Part shown: piece by piece, positions 9,474-19,082 of the stretch
Layout: the number at the start of each line of letters is the position of its first letter
Numbering within the stretch: position 1 is the first letter of the stretch
Source of the DNA: Candidatus Methanophagales archaeon
GTDB taxonomy: Archaea > Halobacteriota > Syntropharchaeia > Alkanophagales > Methanospirareceae
Direction of reading: 5' to 3'
Assembly: GCA_014061035.1 (NCBI GenBank)
Contig: JACGMN010000007.1
Location: 1 to 34,233, forward strand
Length of the DNA stretch: 34,233 nt
Made by a program: the position numbers and the translations under genes
The notes under the pieces: generated by a model
The model's input: the letters and a program-made list of their open reading frames with translations, nothing else
What the model was told of the DNA's origin: nothing
Databases searched by the model: none

Positions 9474-9842
9474 ATGGGGATAGAGACAAGGATGATTTTA
9501 ATCTCACCGGATTCTAAGATAACGGTAGGGCAGATGGCGGGTAAGATTCTGTCTGTTATCAGTGACAATGCGGAGATGGCGGACGCGGAGATCAGAGTAA
9601 AAGAGACCTGTTTTGGTGCATTTGTGGAAGGCGATGCGAAGAAAGTAAAAGCGATAGTGGATGAGGTAAGAAAGATGGACCCGAACGGAATTTTTTCAAA
9701 GTTACGCGGGTTTCCGATCGGCGACAAGCGGATATGTAGAGCAACGAGGAAAGGCGGACCCAGACCCGGGTTTCACCAGTTAGAACAGGAATCTCAACTG
9801 CTGCCTAAGGTGCGAAGAGCACTGGATAAGAATAAGATATAA
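9474..9842 (+). CDS. Methanogenesis marker protein 6 (DUF2102)
   Basis: ETRMILISPDS, VKETCFGAFVEG, RGFPIGD.RICRATR.GGPRPGFHQLE.E. Confidence 0.88.
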   Translation: MGIETRMILISPDSKITVGQMAGKILSVISDNAEMADAEIRVKETCFGAFVEGDAKKVKAIVDEVRKMDPNGIFSKLRGFPIGDKRICRATRKGGPRPGFHQLEQESQLLPKVRRALDKNKI

Positions 9843-9903
9843 AGCAACTACACTACTACTACTATCTATATTAAGCACATACAATAAAAGAGAGTTAACT
9901 ACG

Positions 9904-11112
9904 ATGTATACAGGTGAAGCACTGATAGGGAAAGGATCTGAGGTTGCACACATCGATTTGCTGATCGGAGATAAATATGGACCTGTGGGCGTAGCGTTCG
10001 CAAACGCTTTAAGTCAAATGTCTGCGGGGCACACGCCGCTGCTTGCCGTGATAAGGCCAAATCTTCCGGTTAAGCCGCCTACACTGATCGTGCCGAAGGT
10101 TACGGTGCGAAACATGAAGGATGCGGAAAGGATATTTGGGCCGGCGCAGAGTGCAATAGCAAAGGCGGTTGCAGACTCTGTAGAGGAAGAGGTAATACCA
10201 GAGGACAAGGCTGAGAATTATATGGTAATTGTGAGCGTCTTCATCCATCCGGCCGCGCGAGATTACAATAAAATCTACAGGTACAACTACGGATCTGCGA
10301 AGTTAGCGATAAAGAGGGCGATGGATGGTTTTCCAGATATTAAAAAGGTGTTATATGAGAAGGACAGGTCGAGACATCCCTCACTTGGCATGAAAGTGAC
10401 AAAATTATGGGACCCGCCATATTTGCAGGTTGCTCTGGACATCCCAAATTGGGAGCATATTAAACGCGTGATTTCGAAACTGCCGCGGAGCGATCATTTA
10501 ATTATAGAGGCAGGAACGCCATTGATAAAGCAATATGGTCTCGATATAATAGGAAAGATAAAGGAGATAAAGCCTGATACGTTTGTAGTTGCAGATTTGA
10601 AGACGCTGGATACAGGTGATCTGGAAGCACGGATGGTCGTTGATTCCGGCGCTGATGCCGTGGTGATCTCAGGGTTAGCCCCTCTCAGGACTATAGAGAA
10701 GGCAATATCTGAGGCGGTGAAGACCGGTATCTACTCTGTCATCGATATGCTCAACGTGAAGAATCCTGTAGACTTGCTCAAGGAGTTAAGCGGTGCCGGA
10801 GCGACGATGCCGGATGTGGTGGAACTGCACCGTGCAATAGATGTGGAAGAGCTGGGAGAGAAGTATGCTTGGGGAAACATAACTGAGATAAAGCGATTAC
10901 AGTCTGGTAAAGGCAGTAACAGCAGGATACTGGTAGCAGTTGGGGGCGGGATACGAGAAGAGAATGCCCCGGATGCGTTAAAGGCTGGTGCAGATATTTT
11001 AGTAGTCGGACGGGGAATAACGAACGCTGGGGACGTAGAAGCTGCAAGTAGAAGGCTCTTGCGGCTGATGAAGGAAGAGATAGACCAGTACCGCGTAATG
11101 ACAGACTTCTGA
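9904..11112 (+). CDS. fae-hps: Bifunctional formaldehyde-activating enzyme / 3-hexulose-6-phosphate synthase
   Basis: Fae domain ([41 protein letters not shown]) fused to an HPS barrel ([32 protein letters not shown]). Confidence 0.95.
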   Translation: MYTGEALIGKGSEVAHIDLLIGDKYGPVGVAFANALSQMSAGHTPLLAVIRPNLPVKPPTLIVPKVTVRNMKDAERIFGPAQSAIAKAVADSVEEEVIPEDKAENYMVIVSVFIHPAARDYNKIYRYNYGSAKLAIKRAMDGFPDIKKVLYEKDRSRHPSLGMKVTKLWDPPYLQVALDIPNWEHIKRVISKLPRSDHLIIEAGTPLIKQYGLDIIGKIKEIKPDTFVVADLKTLDTGDLEARMVVDSGADAVVISGLAPLRTIEKAISEAVKTGIYSVIDMLNVKNPVDLLKELSGAGATMPDVVELHRAIDVEELGEKYAWGNITEIKRLQSGKGSNSRILVAVGGGIREENAPDALKAGADILVVGRGITNAGDVEAASRRLLRLMKEEIDQYRVMTDF

Positions 11113-11115
11113 TTA

Positions 11116-12162
11116 ATGCCGAAACGTAAGAGACCAAAAACACCGTATTTAGAGAAGATCATCCACTGGAAGATGATCATGATCTACTTAATTGTCTTTC
11201 TCTCTGCGACTATCGTCCTGACAACGGCAATCGGTCCGGTTTATGTGCCCCCGCTTGAAATAATCGGTTTCATAGGGGACAGACTACTGCCCGGCGAGAG
11301 GGCAGAACCTATTCCTCATGAGGTAATAATCTTCGAGGTAAGACTACCAAGAATAATGCTTGGGATTTTGGTCGGTCTTTCGCTGGCAACCGCGGGTACA
11401 GCATTGCAGGGTTTATTCAAAAATCCCATGGCAGACCCGTATATAATCGGAATAGCCTCAGGTGCTGCAGTTGGTGCTGCGCTCTCTATACTGGTACTGC
11501 ATCCATTCTTCGGTATCTTCACAACACCTTTTATGGCTTTTATAGGTGCACTCTGCTCTATTTTCGTTGTTTATAATATCGCGAAGGTTGGCGGAAAGAT
11601 ACCGGTAGACACGTTATTACTCACAGGGATAGCAGTCTCATTATTCTTAGGCGCTGTCTTATCGTTCATGATGTCTGTAGCTGGCGGAGCACTGCATCAG
11701 ATTTTCTTCTGGCTCATGGGCGGATTCTGGTTAGCTAGCTGGACACAGGTGAAGATAATAGCTCTGCCGGTACTAGTTTGCTTCAGCCTGATTTACCTAT
11801 TCGCAAAGGACCTCAATGCGATGCTGCTCGGTGAGGAATCCGCGCAGACGCTTGGTATAAATGTAGAGAATGCGAAACGAATACTTCTAGTTCTGTCTGC
11901 GTTCATTACCGCGGCTGCTGTCTCCTTTAGCGGAACAATTGGGTTTGTCGGGTTGATAATACCACATGTCACGAGAATACTTGTTGGACCTGACCACCGA
12001 ATCCTCTTTCCCGCATCTGCCTTAGTAGGCGGAATATTCTTAGTCTGGATGGACGCACTGGCTCGTTTATTAGGCGAAATGCCAGTAGGTATAATCACCG
12101 CCTTCGTCGGTGCTCCGTTCTTCATCTATCTGCTTAAGAAGCGAAAAAGCGGGTATTATTAA
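11116..12162 (+). CDS. btuC: FecCD/BtuC family cobalamin or iron-chelate ABC permease
   Basis: RLPR.....LVG.SLA..G..LQGLFKNP.ADPY..G..SGA, LGEE.A..LG, G.IGFVGLIIPH..R..VGPDHR. Start codon and substrate are uncertain. Confidence 0.85.
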   Translation: MPKRKRPKTPYLEKIIHWKMIMIYLIVFLSATIVLTTAIGPVYVPPLEIIGFIGDRLLPGERAEPIPHEVIIFEVRLPRIMLGILVGLSLATAGTALQGLFKNPMADPYIIGIASGAAVGAALSILVLHPFFGIFTTPFMAFIGALCSIFVVYNIAKVGGKIPVDTLLLTGIAVSLFLGAVLSFMMSVAGGALHQIFFWLMGGFWLASWTQVKIIALPVLVCFSLIYLFAKDLNAMLLGEESAQTLGINVENAKRILLVLSAFITAAAVSFSGTIGFVGLIIPHVTRILVGPDHRILFPASALVGGIFLVWMDALARLLGEMPVGIITAFVGAPFFIYLLKKRKSGYY

Positions 12163-12163
12163 T

Positions 12164-13015
12164 TCAAAATACCGCAAATATAATGAGCGTTACGCATCGT
12201 GCGAGTTCGTTAGAAGCACCCATGACATCGCCACTTATTGCACCAAAATTCTGTCTCGCTACGTAAGAGAGAAAAAATGCGACTATGACGCCTGTGAAGA
12301 CAATAATGAAATAAAACGAAGCGGTAAAGAGTACAGCAATAAGCACGGCAGAAAGAAGAGCAGCTATGTATTTCCGTACCGAAAAAGAGCGTATAAACAG
12401 AGTTCCCATACCCTGCACAGCTCCATTCTCATTCCCATTCCCCGCCCCATTTTTACCTTCACTCACGAATCCCTTGCCTGGTAGTGCCAGTACCATACAC
12501 GTATTCATACTCAGTTTTGCAGAGACCTCGGCGATTATGAATACTGCAGCAAAATCATAAACCGTGATGGGATCGAGATACAGAAGATTGAAGTCAAAAG
12601 CAGCCACTGTGGATATAAATTCTGCACCTACAGTCTCTATGGCAGATAAACTCAATAGGAGAAGAATGATAACAGCGAACAATCCCGCTATTCCTATTTT
12701 AGCGTCCTTCATCGCTCTTCTCTTCTCTGCTCTGCTTCCCTGCGCCATCAGACCATCAGAGAAATCCGCTAAACCATCAATGTGCAGCAGACCGGTGAGA
12801 AGGTAAAGAACGAGCAGCGTGAGCAAAGCGGCAATTTCAGCTCTTGCCGGCACTGCCACGACTAAAAATCCAAAAACGATAAAAGCAACTACAGCGACGA
12901 TCAAGCCAATCAATAACCCGACAAAAGGAAAAAGATGGCTATTTACTGTAACTGCATCTATATTTACTACCTTTTTTACCGGTATTTGCGTTAAGAAACT
13001 GATAAGATCACGCAT
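12164..13015 (-). CDS. cobS: Adenosylcobinamide-GDP ribazoletransferase (cobalamin synthase)
   Basis: ISFLT.IPV, FPFVG, TGLLHIDGLADFSDG, AMKD..IG..G, FG.ISGDVMGA.NE. The ORF extends to 13039, but its first 8 codons look repeat-derived; the native start is probably the ATG at 13015. Confidence 0.92.
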   Translation of the reverse strand: MRDLISFLTQIPVKKVVNIDAVTVNSHLFPFVGLLIGLIVAVVAFIVFGFLVVAVPARAEIAALLTLLVLYLLTGLLHIDGLADFSDGLMAQGSRAEKRRAMKDAKIGIAGLFAVIILLLLSLSAIETVGAEFISTVAAFDFNLLYLDPITVYDFAAVFIIAEVSAKLSMNTCMVLALPGKGFVSEGKNGAGNGNENGAVQGMGTLFIRSFSVRKYIAALLSAVLIAVLFTASFYFIIVFTGVIVAFFLSYVARQNFGAISGDVMGASNELARCVTLIIFAVF

Positions 13016-13099
13016 ATCTTCAAGCCGTTCAATCTTCATCGCTCTAATCGTGATGCGTGAACTAAACCTTACACCCTGAACCCTTAAACCTAAGACTAC
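13016..13099 (-). mobile_element. Degenerate family A half-element with an MKIERLED remnant
   Basis: Immediately after the rps17 stop the minus strand reads gtagtcttaggtttaagggttcagggtgtaaggtttagttcacgcatcacgattagagcg-ATGAAGATTGAACGGCTTGAAGAT. This matches cacgattagaaaacgATG in the 21626 copy. Confidence 0.65.
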
Positions 13100-13435
13100 C
13101 TACCTCTTCTCTACCACCACAAAGCTTTTTGTCTTGCTCAGCGGTCGGCATTCTGCTATCTTCACTAGATCACCGATTTTTGCATTTATGCAGAGCGGGT
13201 TGTGTGCATGTATCTTTGACTTCCGCTTCTCATATCGTTCATATTTCTTGATTCTCTTAAAGTACGACCGCAGGACAACGACCGTCTTTGGCGTTTTATC
13301 GCTTACCACCTTACCTTCTAAGACCTGTCCTCTTACCGGCAACAGCCCATGAAACGGGCAGTTAACATCTTCACATTCTATCTCGGGCGTCCTGACGTCT
13401 ATCCCTATATCTTTATCTTTGTATGTCTCTTTCAT
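13100..13435 (-). CDS. rps17: 30S ribosomal protein S17 (uS17)
   Basis: [45 protein letters not shown]. Confidence 0.97.
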   Translation of the reverse strand: MKETYKDKDIGIDVRTPEIECEDVNCPFHGLLPVRGQVLEGKVVSDKTPKTVVVLRSYFKRIKKYERYEKRKSKIHAHNPLCINAKIGDLVKIAECRPLSKTKSFVVVEKR

Positions 13436-13436
13436 T

Positions 13437-13706
13437 TTATTTTTTTATCCTATCTTCAGGTCTTGAAACAATCTGTGTACCTTTCACACTCGCGCGTACT
13501 CCTCCGCCCAATCCAAAGATGAATCGATTTCCAGCCTTTGGTATCTTCTTCAGATTTTTCCGCTCGTCCTCTATAACAAGCATGTTTCGCGTCTCATCTA
13601 CCACCGTACCCTCAAGTCCCTGAAGATTACGATTACTGCTCTCAACAACGGTGATACGCAATCCGATCAGCTCATGCTGCAGTAGATTACCAGGAGTTAT
13701 TTTCAT
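13437..13706 (-). CDS. rnp1: Ribonuclease P protein component 1 (Rpp29)
   Basis: ITP.NL..HELIGL, G.VVDETRN, RPEDRIK; conserved position in this cluster. Confidence 0.93.
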   Translation of the reverse strand: MKITPGNLLQHELIGLRITVVESSNRNLQGLEGTVVDETRNMLVIEDERKNLKKIPKAGNRFIFGLGGGVRASVKGTQIVSRPEDRIKK

Positions 13707-14002
13707 TCTTCACCCTCTAACGTATAGCCCATTACACGAAGCGCTTTCTTTGCTAACTCCATGTTATTGCCTTGTAATCTTATACAACCGTCTTTTACCG
13801 TGCCGCCGCATGCGAACCGAGACTTCAACTCCTTCGATAGCGCCTTTAAATCTACTTCCTTCTCGTTTATCCCTTCTATAAATGTGACAATCTTACCAAA
13901 CTTCTTCCTGAGCGTATAGACCTTCACTATCTGCTGCTCCTTAGCTATCTCTTTGCAAATACATAAATCAGCAGGCAAGCCACATTTATCACAGATTTGC
14001 AT
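13703..14002 (-). CDS. Translation initiation factor aIF-1 (SUI1)
   Basis: IC.KCGLP.DLCIC.EIAKEQQ, R.KFGK.VT.IEG, LKS.FACGGTVK, LQG. Confidence 0.94.
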   Translation of the reverse strand: MQICDKCGLPADLCICKEIAKEQQIVKVYTLRKKFGKIVTFIEGINEKEVDLKALSKELKSRFACGGTVKDGCIRLQGNNMELAKKALRVMGYTLEGEE

Positions 14003-14006
14003 TCGC

Positions 14007-14225
14007 TTACTTGCCGCCTCCTCGTGCCTCAGCCATTTCAGATCTGACAGTTTTAATCCTTGCTATTGCCCTCTTTATTACTCCTACACGTCCGGGGTTA
14101 TCTGAAGAACCACCGGTGGCTATTGTTCCGCGCTCCTGTAACAATTCCTTCGTCAAACTCTTCAGTTCCTCGTTCCTCTCCTTCACACTCATCTTTCTTA
14201 TCTCGTCAATTCTAAATATGCCCAT
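14007..14225 (-). CDS. rpl29: 50S ribosomal protein L29 (uL29)
   Basis: I.R.DEIR.MS..ER, GG..DNPGR...IKRAIARIKT. Confidence 0.93.
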   Translation of the reverse strand: MGIFRIDEIRKMSVKERNEELKSLTKELLQERGTIATGGSSDNPGRVGVIKRAIARIKTVRSEMAEARGGGK

Positions 14226-14889
14226 TATTTGCTTTCCTTTCCTTCTCCTCTTCTGTTGCTTTCTTCTCCTCTTCCTTTTCTCCTTTCTCGTCTACAACTT
14301 TCACGTTCATACGAAAAATATCTGGTACATTTGAACCGGGCGCTACTATCCATACTAGTACACCGATAACGCCAGCCTTTTTTTTCGCTATTGCATATCC
14401 TCTATCCACTATCTCTTCTGCTATAGAACCACAGTGCTTTATATAGCCCTCGACCATCTTCTCCATTCTGCCACGAGGCCCCTTAAGCTTTCCGGACATG
14501 ATAATCTCACAGCCAAGTGCTCCCCTATCTATTATTCTTTGTAAGGTTGACCTACCAGCGCGCCTGAAATGCCAGCCACGCTCTATAAGTTTTGCAAGTC
14601 TATTTGCCATCAACTGTGCATTTAGCTCCGGCACCTCAATTGGCTGAACGTCTATTTGTGGGTTATCCAGTTCTTGCCTATGGAGTATCTCGTCGGTCAG
14701 CCGCTTTATCCTCCTACCATCTTTCCCTATTATCATTCCCGGCTTCTCAACTTTCACCGTTATCTGCGTGCCCATCGGCGTTCTTTTTATCTCCATCCCG
14801 CCATAGCCCGCTCTCTCTAGCTCATTCCTGAAGTACTCGTTCAGTCGTACTTTCTTTATCCCTTCTTCTACGTATATCTTCTCTATCAC
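14212..14889 (-). CDS. rps3: 30S ribosomal protein S3 (uS3)
   Basis: ELERAGYGGM, KPGMIIGK.G, ERGWHFRRAG, GCEI..SGKL; GTG start; charged C-terminal tail. Confidence 0.96.
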   Translation of the reverse strand: MIEKIYVEEGIKKVRLNEYFRNELERAGYGGMEIKRTPMGTQITVKVEKPGMIIGKDGRRIKRLTDEILHRQELDNPQIDVQPIEVPELNAQLMANRLAKLIERGWHFRRAGRSTLQRIIDRGALGCEIIMSGKLKGPRGRMEKMVEGYIKHCGSIAEEIVDRGYAIAKKKAGVIGVLVWIVAPGSNVPDIFRMNVKVVDEKGEKEEEKKATEEEKERKANNGHI

Positions 14890-14924
14890 GTTTTACTTAT
14901 TCATATCCTAACTTAACTCTATCT

Positions 14925-15389
14925 CTATTCTTCTCTTAACATTATCTCAACGGTGACCGTTTTAGTATTCTTTGGTGTAGCACGACCAAAAGCGCGTGGC
15001 ATTATCCCACGTATCGTCCTGCCTTGCTTCGTAGCTACGTGCCAGACTCGCAATGTTTCAGTATCGATCCCTTTGTAGTCTGCGTTGTTTTTCGCATTTC
15101 TCAGTAATTTTAATATCGCTGCGGTTGCCTTCATAGGGTATCTGCCAGCATACCAATTCTTCAGCCCTCTACGGTGCGCAACCTTCTTTTTATATCGTTT
15201 GAATGGAACTGCTACCTTCATATCCAGCACATTTTCTAAATACGTCTCTGCATCCTCCACTATCTTACCTTTTATCGCTCTGCACACCTCACGTGCATGC
15301 TTAGGCGAAATATGAAGCTCATAAGCCATCGCCTTTGCTGCTGTTTCAGGATCAATTTTGATCTCTTTACAATATTTTACCCTTCCCAT
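14925..15389 (-). CDS. rpl22: 50S ribosomal protein L22 (uL22)
   Basis: ISPKHAREVC, VPFKRY.KKVAHR, GRYP.KA, PRAFGRATP. Confidence 0.96.
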   Translation of the reverse strand: MGRVKYCKEIKIDPETAAKAMAYELHISPKHAREVCRAIKGKIVEDAETYLENVLDMKVAVPFKRYKKKVAHRRGLKNWYAGRYPMKATAAILKLLRNAKNNADYKGIDTETLRVWHVATKQGRTIRGIMPRAFGRATPKNTKTVTVEIMLREE

Positions 15390-15455
15390 ATTGTCTTTAT
15401 CTTCTTCCTTCTCTCTTTTCGTATCAGTATCAGATAGATCAGTTACGTACGTTAG

Positions 15456-15878
15456 TTACTTCAGAGGCACGTATTTTGAAGATCTCGTAGCTCCGACACC
15501 CGCAGCTCCGTGTGCCACTTTCCTGCGTGTCAAAGCCAGTTCGCCCAAATAATGCCCGATCATCTCAGTTTTTATATCCACATATTCGAAACTTTTTCCA
15601 TTGTGTATCCCTATCTTCTTTCCTACCATGTCAGGTAGGACGATGGCATCTCTTAGATGTGTCCTTATGCTGTCCTTATCAGAGTTCATAGCGTCAAGCA
15701 GTAGTTCCTCTTCAGGTCGGAATGACCGGTTTATCTTCCGCCGCTGCCTCGCACACATCAGTTTAGCCAGATCATCAAGCTTCATCTTCTTTAGCTTCGC
15801 CAGTGTATATCCACGATAGGTGAACTCCTCTTTCTTCTTCAAAGTTGTTTTAGTCTTACCCTTTTTTTTCTTTGCCAT
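15456..15878 (-). CDS. rps19: 30S ribosomal protein S19 (uS19)
   Basis: EFTYRG, ARQRR, RTHLRD, EMIGHYLGE.ALTR..V.HG..GVGATRSSKYVPLK. Confidence 0.97.
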   Translation of the reverse strand: MAKKKKGKTKTTLKKKEEFTYRGYTLAKLKKMKLDDLAKLMCARQRRKINRSFRPEEELLLDAMNSDKDSIRTHLRDAIVLPDMVGKKIGIHNGKSFEYVDIKTEMIGHYLGELALTRRKVAHGAAGVGATRSSKYVPLK

Positions 15879-15905
15879 CTCACTTTTTCACTCTCCTATC
15901 CTATC

Positions 15906-16685
15906 TTATCCTCTTTTCTTTCCAGTTCTTTTTGCCGCTATACTTCCAACCTTCCTTCCTGGTGATGCGCCTCTACCAGGCGTTTTGGACTTACCAACAT
16001 GCTGATGTGCACCACCACCGTGAGGATGGTCAACAGGATTCATTGTTACACCTCTTACAGTTGGATATTTTGTCGCACGTGCCTTCATCTTATAATATTT
16101 TTTACCTGCCTTTACAAAAGGCTTCTCGGTCCGACCTCCACCAGCAACAACACCGATGGTCGCGAAACACTCGGATGATAGCCATTTCTTCTTGCCACTT
16201 GGCAGTACAACGAGCGATTTGCCATTCTCCACTTCATGCGCTAACACCGTAGCACAATCGCCGGAAGACCGTACGAGTTTACCGCCGTCATTTGGTCTTA
16301 CTTCTACGTTGCAGACCATAACTCCTTCAGGTATACGGTGAAGCGGGACTGTATTACCTGTCATTATCTCCGCGGCCGCACCATACGAGACCACATCACC
16401 TTCTCCTACTCCCTCAGGTACAATTATAAAACGCTCCTCTACTTTCTTCTCTACTCCATTCATTCCTGGTCTTGATCCTGATCCTGAGAGCTCATCTCTT
16501 TCTATCTTTATACGAGCGATAGGAGCGCTCCTCGCAGGGTCGTGCGCTATTTCCACGATTCTTCCTGAGACCGTCTCATTCTCATTCAACCTCACGTGTT
16601 CGAGATTTCCTTTATAACGGTGCGAGGGTGCCCTAAAGGTGGGTGATCCCTTACCTCTCCGTTGCGCTATTATTTTCTTCCCCAT
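15906..16685 (-). CDS. rpl2: 50S ribosomal protein L2 (uL2)
   Basis: QRRGKGSPTFRAPSHR, HDPARSAP, DGGKLVRSSG, RGV.MNPVDHPHGGG. Carries an extra low-complexity loop. Confidence 0.97.
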   Translation of the reverse strand: MGKKIIAQRRGKGSPTFRAPSHRYKGNLEHVRLNENETVSGRIVEIAHDPARSAPIARIKIERDELSGSGSRPGMNGVEKKVEERFIIVPEGVGEGDVVSYGAAAEIMTGNTVPLHRIPEGVMVCNVEVRPNDGGKLVRSSGDCATVLAHEVENGKSLVVLPSGKKKWLSSECFATIGVVAGGGRTEKPFVKAGKKYYKMKARATKYPTVRGVTMNPVDHPHGGGAHQHVGKSKTPGRGASPGRKVGSIAAKRTGKKRG

Positions 16686-16719
16686 CGCATCTTTAATCTA
16701 TTTTAAATATTTCCCGTCG

Positions 16720-16727
16720 TATATAAA
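16720..16727 (-). promoter_or_regulatory. Possible internal TATA box for rpl2
   Basis: TTTATATA on the minus strand about 35 nt upstream of the rpl2 ATG, downstream of the inserted element. Confidence 0.35.
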
Positions 16728-16757
16728 GTATAACTTCTAAAGTATAACTTCTACCTA

Positions 16758-16895
16758 ATTTAGGACGCAGATTTACGCCGATACACGCAGAAAACAAACT
16801 AACCATAACCAAGTTGATAGAAGATTCTAAAAATCTCATCCGTCAATTCCGTATATTTAAAATCCTGATTATCTGCGTTCATCTACGTCCGATTA
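16758..16895 (-). mobile_element. Family C element: inverted ACGCAGAT decamer arrays around a truncated GxxExxY-like gene
   Basis: Arms are ggacgcagatttacgccgatacacgcaga (16763-16791) and atctgcgttcatctacgtcc (16871-16890). It sits in the rpl23-rpl2 spacer. Confidence 0.75.
16799..16882 (-). pseudogene. GxxExxY protein N-terminal remnant (27 aa)
   Basis: Hand translation gives MNADNQDFKYTELTDEIFRIFYQLGYG*. This resembles GxxExxY N-termini (ELT..II..FY.VYN.LGYG-FLEKVY) and stops at the first G of the motif. Confidence 0.65.
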
Positions 16896-16915
16896 TAAAA
16901 TTTATTCTTTCTCGT

Positions 16916-17170
16916 TTATAATATTCCAAGCGAGGTCCCTATTTCATTCGCTTTACCTTCCTCCTCTAATTCTACTATTGCTTTTTTCTCACCTCTAAAT
17001 GTTATCATCGTCCTCACGCGTTTCACCGGTGTATCGAACATGCTCTCCACGTCTCGCTTTATCGCTACTTTATTCGCTCGCGAATCGACAATAAACTGGA
17101 GTTTGTTCTCAGACTCGATCATAAGGGCTGCTTTTTCACTTGCAATTATATGCTTCAGTTTTTCTGCCAT
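16916..17170 (-). CDS. rpl23: 50S ribosomal protein L23 (uL23)
   Basis: SEKA...IE.ENKLQFIVD.RANK..IK..VE..F, VRT.IT..GEKKA.V.L. The ATG at 17170 (GAGGA upstream) is preferred over the GTG at 17191. Confidence 0.95.
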   Translation of the reverse strand: MAEKLKHIIASEKAALMIESENKLQFIVDSRANKVAIKRDVESMFDTPVKRVRTMITFRGEKKAIVELEEEGKANEIGTSLGIL

Positions 17171-17198
17171 TTCTTTTTCCTCATTCCTCACTCCTCAT

Positions 17199-17993
17199 TC
17201 ATTCCATTCCCATTGTAGCAAGTTCGGATATAGACGATTCTGTCCAGATGGTCAACCGCCCGGGATGCGTTCCCGGCGCAAGCAATTCTGCATTAAGGCA
17301 ATCAGTATATGTGACATCCACACCAGGCAAATTCTTCGCTGCCTTTCTTAGTTCTGATTCATTTTTACGAGAGATAACGATTAAAATGCTCTTTTTAGAC
17401 TTATACCTTCTACCTCGCATCTTACCCTTGCCCGCTCTTATTTTTCGTTCCTTTGCACGGAGCACATCGCTCCACAGACCTGTAACCTCTAAGAATTTCT
17501 TTACATCCGCGGTCTTTTCAAGGCGTGTAAACGAATCTTCTACTACTATCGGTAGCTCCAGTTTCCGCTCAATTTCCACTTCCTCGTTGAACTTATGCCC
17601 TCTATTTCTTACGCGTTCACTGTTTATAGTAGCTGCGATAGCGGATCGTATCGCTTTTCGGCGCTCCTTCTTGTTTATTTTCTTTGTTAATATCTTCTCA
17701 ATCTTAGGAGGATGCGCCCTTCTCCCGCCAACCGTTCCTGGTGCTCTCGCGGCTCTTCGTCCACCGGTTATACGTGCAACTCTGGCAGCTCCTCTACCAG
17801 TACCCCAGCTCTTTGCAGATGTTCTCCGCCCCGCTAAAAGATCAGTACCTTTTGGTTGTAGTCTGTTAGATTGCATTGCAAGTACAGCTCTTTTTATCAA
17901 GTCTGGTCTGTATTCTTCCATAAATACCGCCGGTAGCGTTATTTCCTTTATAAAATTCCCTGAAAGGTCTAATATTTTAGCTTTATCCTTCAT
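17199..17993 (-). CDS. rpl4: 50S ribosomal protein L4 (uL4)
   Basis: RPDLIKRAV, AG.RTSA.SWG.GRG, GGRRAHPPK, RAGKGKMRGRRY, LAPGTHPGRLT.W. Confidence 0.97.
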   Translation of the reverse strand: MKDKAKILDLSGNFIKEITLPAVFMEEYRPDLIKRAVLAMQSNRLQPKGTDLLAGRRTSAKSWGTGRGAARVARITGGRRAARAPGTVGGRRAHPPKIEKILTKKINKKERRKAIRSAIAATINSERVRNRGHKFNEEVEIERKLELPIVVEDSFTRLEKTADVKKFLEVTGLWSDVLRAKERKIRAGKGKMRGRRYKSKKSILIVISRKNESELRKAAKNLPGVDVTYTDCLNAELLAPGTHPGRLTIWTESSISELATMGME

Positions 17994-17994
17994 C

Positions 17995-18984
17995 TCAACA
18001 CCCCTGTTGCGATCTCTTGCTTATATAGACAATTTCAGGTATAGCAGGCTTAGGGTGAGCTCTTATCGCATGAGAGATTCGTACAAGCCTCTTTTTCGGT
18101 CCCGGGACACTGCCTTTTATCAAAATATACTCATTTCTTACGATGCCGTAGTTCAGGAAGCCACCATCCGGCGTTATCTCTTCGCCATTATCCCCTATCT
18201 TCATTATTCTCTTGTTATACTCTGTCCGCTGTTGATACCCGGTCTGTCCAAGCTGAGGTACACGCCACCTGACTCTTCGAGGTGTCCAGCCGCCGATAGA
18301 ACCCACATGACGACCTTTTCCAGACCGCCTTGCTTTTGCATTCTGGATCGTAATTCCCCACCGCTTCACCGGTCCTTGTGTGCCTTTTCCTTTTGTCACA
18401 GCGGTAACATCTACAAAATCGCCCTCTTTAACTACCTCTTTCGCCCTTAATTCCTTCCCCAATACTTCTTTTGCATATTCAACATCTTTTGTGAGCTCAC
18501 CGCTCATCTTTATCTCCATCTGGTCGTGCTTCTTCTTCGGCAGACCGCTTACAACTTCGGGTAGCGTAGAAGTTATTAAGTGCAGACTCAACGCGAGTTT
18601 CTTACCGTCTCTCATGATTATTTCTTCTATTGCACCCAGACCAGAGTCTCTTCCATTTTCCGCTGCTCTCCCAGCCCATACTTCTGTTACTGCCTGCTTA
18701 CCGTAGTTTGTATCTTTATAGAGTCGAAAACCCTCTACACGCATAGGCGGAGTCTCGATTATTGTTGCCGGAACTGCTATTTCCATCCCTTTCGTCAGAC
18801 TATGTGGATGATCATCGGTCAGTATAAGGTGCGTCATCCCTGCCTTATATCCTGCAAATCCCTGTAGTTTCCTACCCGTAGCTATGGAGAGCTCTTCCCT
18901 TTTTATCCTGCAGGTCTCACTCCGTGCTCGCGTCCTCGGAGAAAAGGCAAGTGAACCCCTTCTCGGTCTGTGTCTTTTTGCCAT
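17995..18984 (-). CDS. rpl3: 50S ribosomal protein L3 (uL3)
   Basis: HRPRRGSLAFSPR, GYKAGMTH, TKGKGTQGPVKRWG, GQTGYQQRTEYNK, GSVPGPKKR. Confidence 0.97.
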   Translation of the reverse strand: MAKRHRPRRGSLAFSPRTRARSETCRIKREELSIATGRKLQGFAGYKAGMTHLILTDDHPHSLTKGMEIAVPATIIETPPMRVEGFRLYKDTNYGKQAVTEVWAGRAAENGRDSGLGAIEEIIMRDGKKLALSLHLITSTLPEVVSGLPKKKHDQMEIKMSGELTKDVEYAKEVLGKELRAKEVVKEGDFVDVTAVTKGKGTQGPVKRWGITIQNAKARRSGKGRHVGSIGGWTPRRVRWRVPQLGQTGYQQRTEYNKRIMKIGDNGEEITPDGGFLNYGIVRNEYILIKGSVPGPKKRLVRISHAIRAHPKPAIPEIVYISKRSQQGC

Positions 18985-19082
18985 CTTGCTCTTTCTTCTG
19001 ATATATTATATTTATCAATGCTTACCAATGCTTACCAATGCTTACTCACTTTAAAAATAGGATTATATAAATAATCAACCTC

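Noticed and set aside
17140..18450. 436-aa plus-strand ORF
   Set aside because: Antisense shadow of rpl4/rpl3 with no recognisable motifs.
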